Positions 63,996 to 64,000 of a stretch of DNA of 64,000 nt are shown one piece after another. Origin of the DNA: Dipteris shenzhenensis (Eukaryota); NCBI GenBank assembly GCA_047967505.1, contig CM106538.1, one strand, 5' to 3'. How positions within the stretch are numbered: the first letter of the stretch is position 1; every line of letters begins with the position of its first letter. A program made the translations under genes and the position numbers. The notes under the pieces were generated by a model. The model ran no database searches, was not told where the DNA came from, and saw only the letters and a list, made by a program, of their open reading frames with translations.

Positions 63996-64000
63996 GACAT

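Overview
Repeat-rich eukaryotic nuclear DNA, most likely from a non-seed land plant. A fern is suggested by the style of the PLS-PPR gene and the LINE and Gypsy families (inference). Only two host genes are supported: an intronless EBP2 (pre-rRNA processing, 14490-15455, +) and a PLS-class PPR gene (43647-45665, -) followed in frame by a decayed E+/DYW deaminase domain. The rest of 1-47 kb is decayed mobile DNA: three LINE fragments, Ty3/Gypsy remnants (one with a second aspartic-protease motif after the integrase), a Ty1/Copia lacking its 5' LTR, and a 781-bp non-autonomous element with CACAT...ATGTG termini and a 3-bp TSD. The most unusual part is about 48-64 kb, which reads like one large composite DNA transposon. 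It contains (i) a stop-interrupted ~860-aa Sola-like/DUF7869 DD[D/E] transposase with N-terminal En/Spm TnpA-like domains, (ii) a 6-kb array of 33 hairpin-forming ~182-bp monomers with nested 3-mer and 6-mer higher-order repeats, (iii) many copies of a GC-rich palindrome embedded in purine-only tracts, and (iv) a divergently oriented ORF of unknown function. All family assignments come from recognising motifs by eye; no database searches were run.
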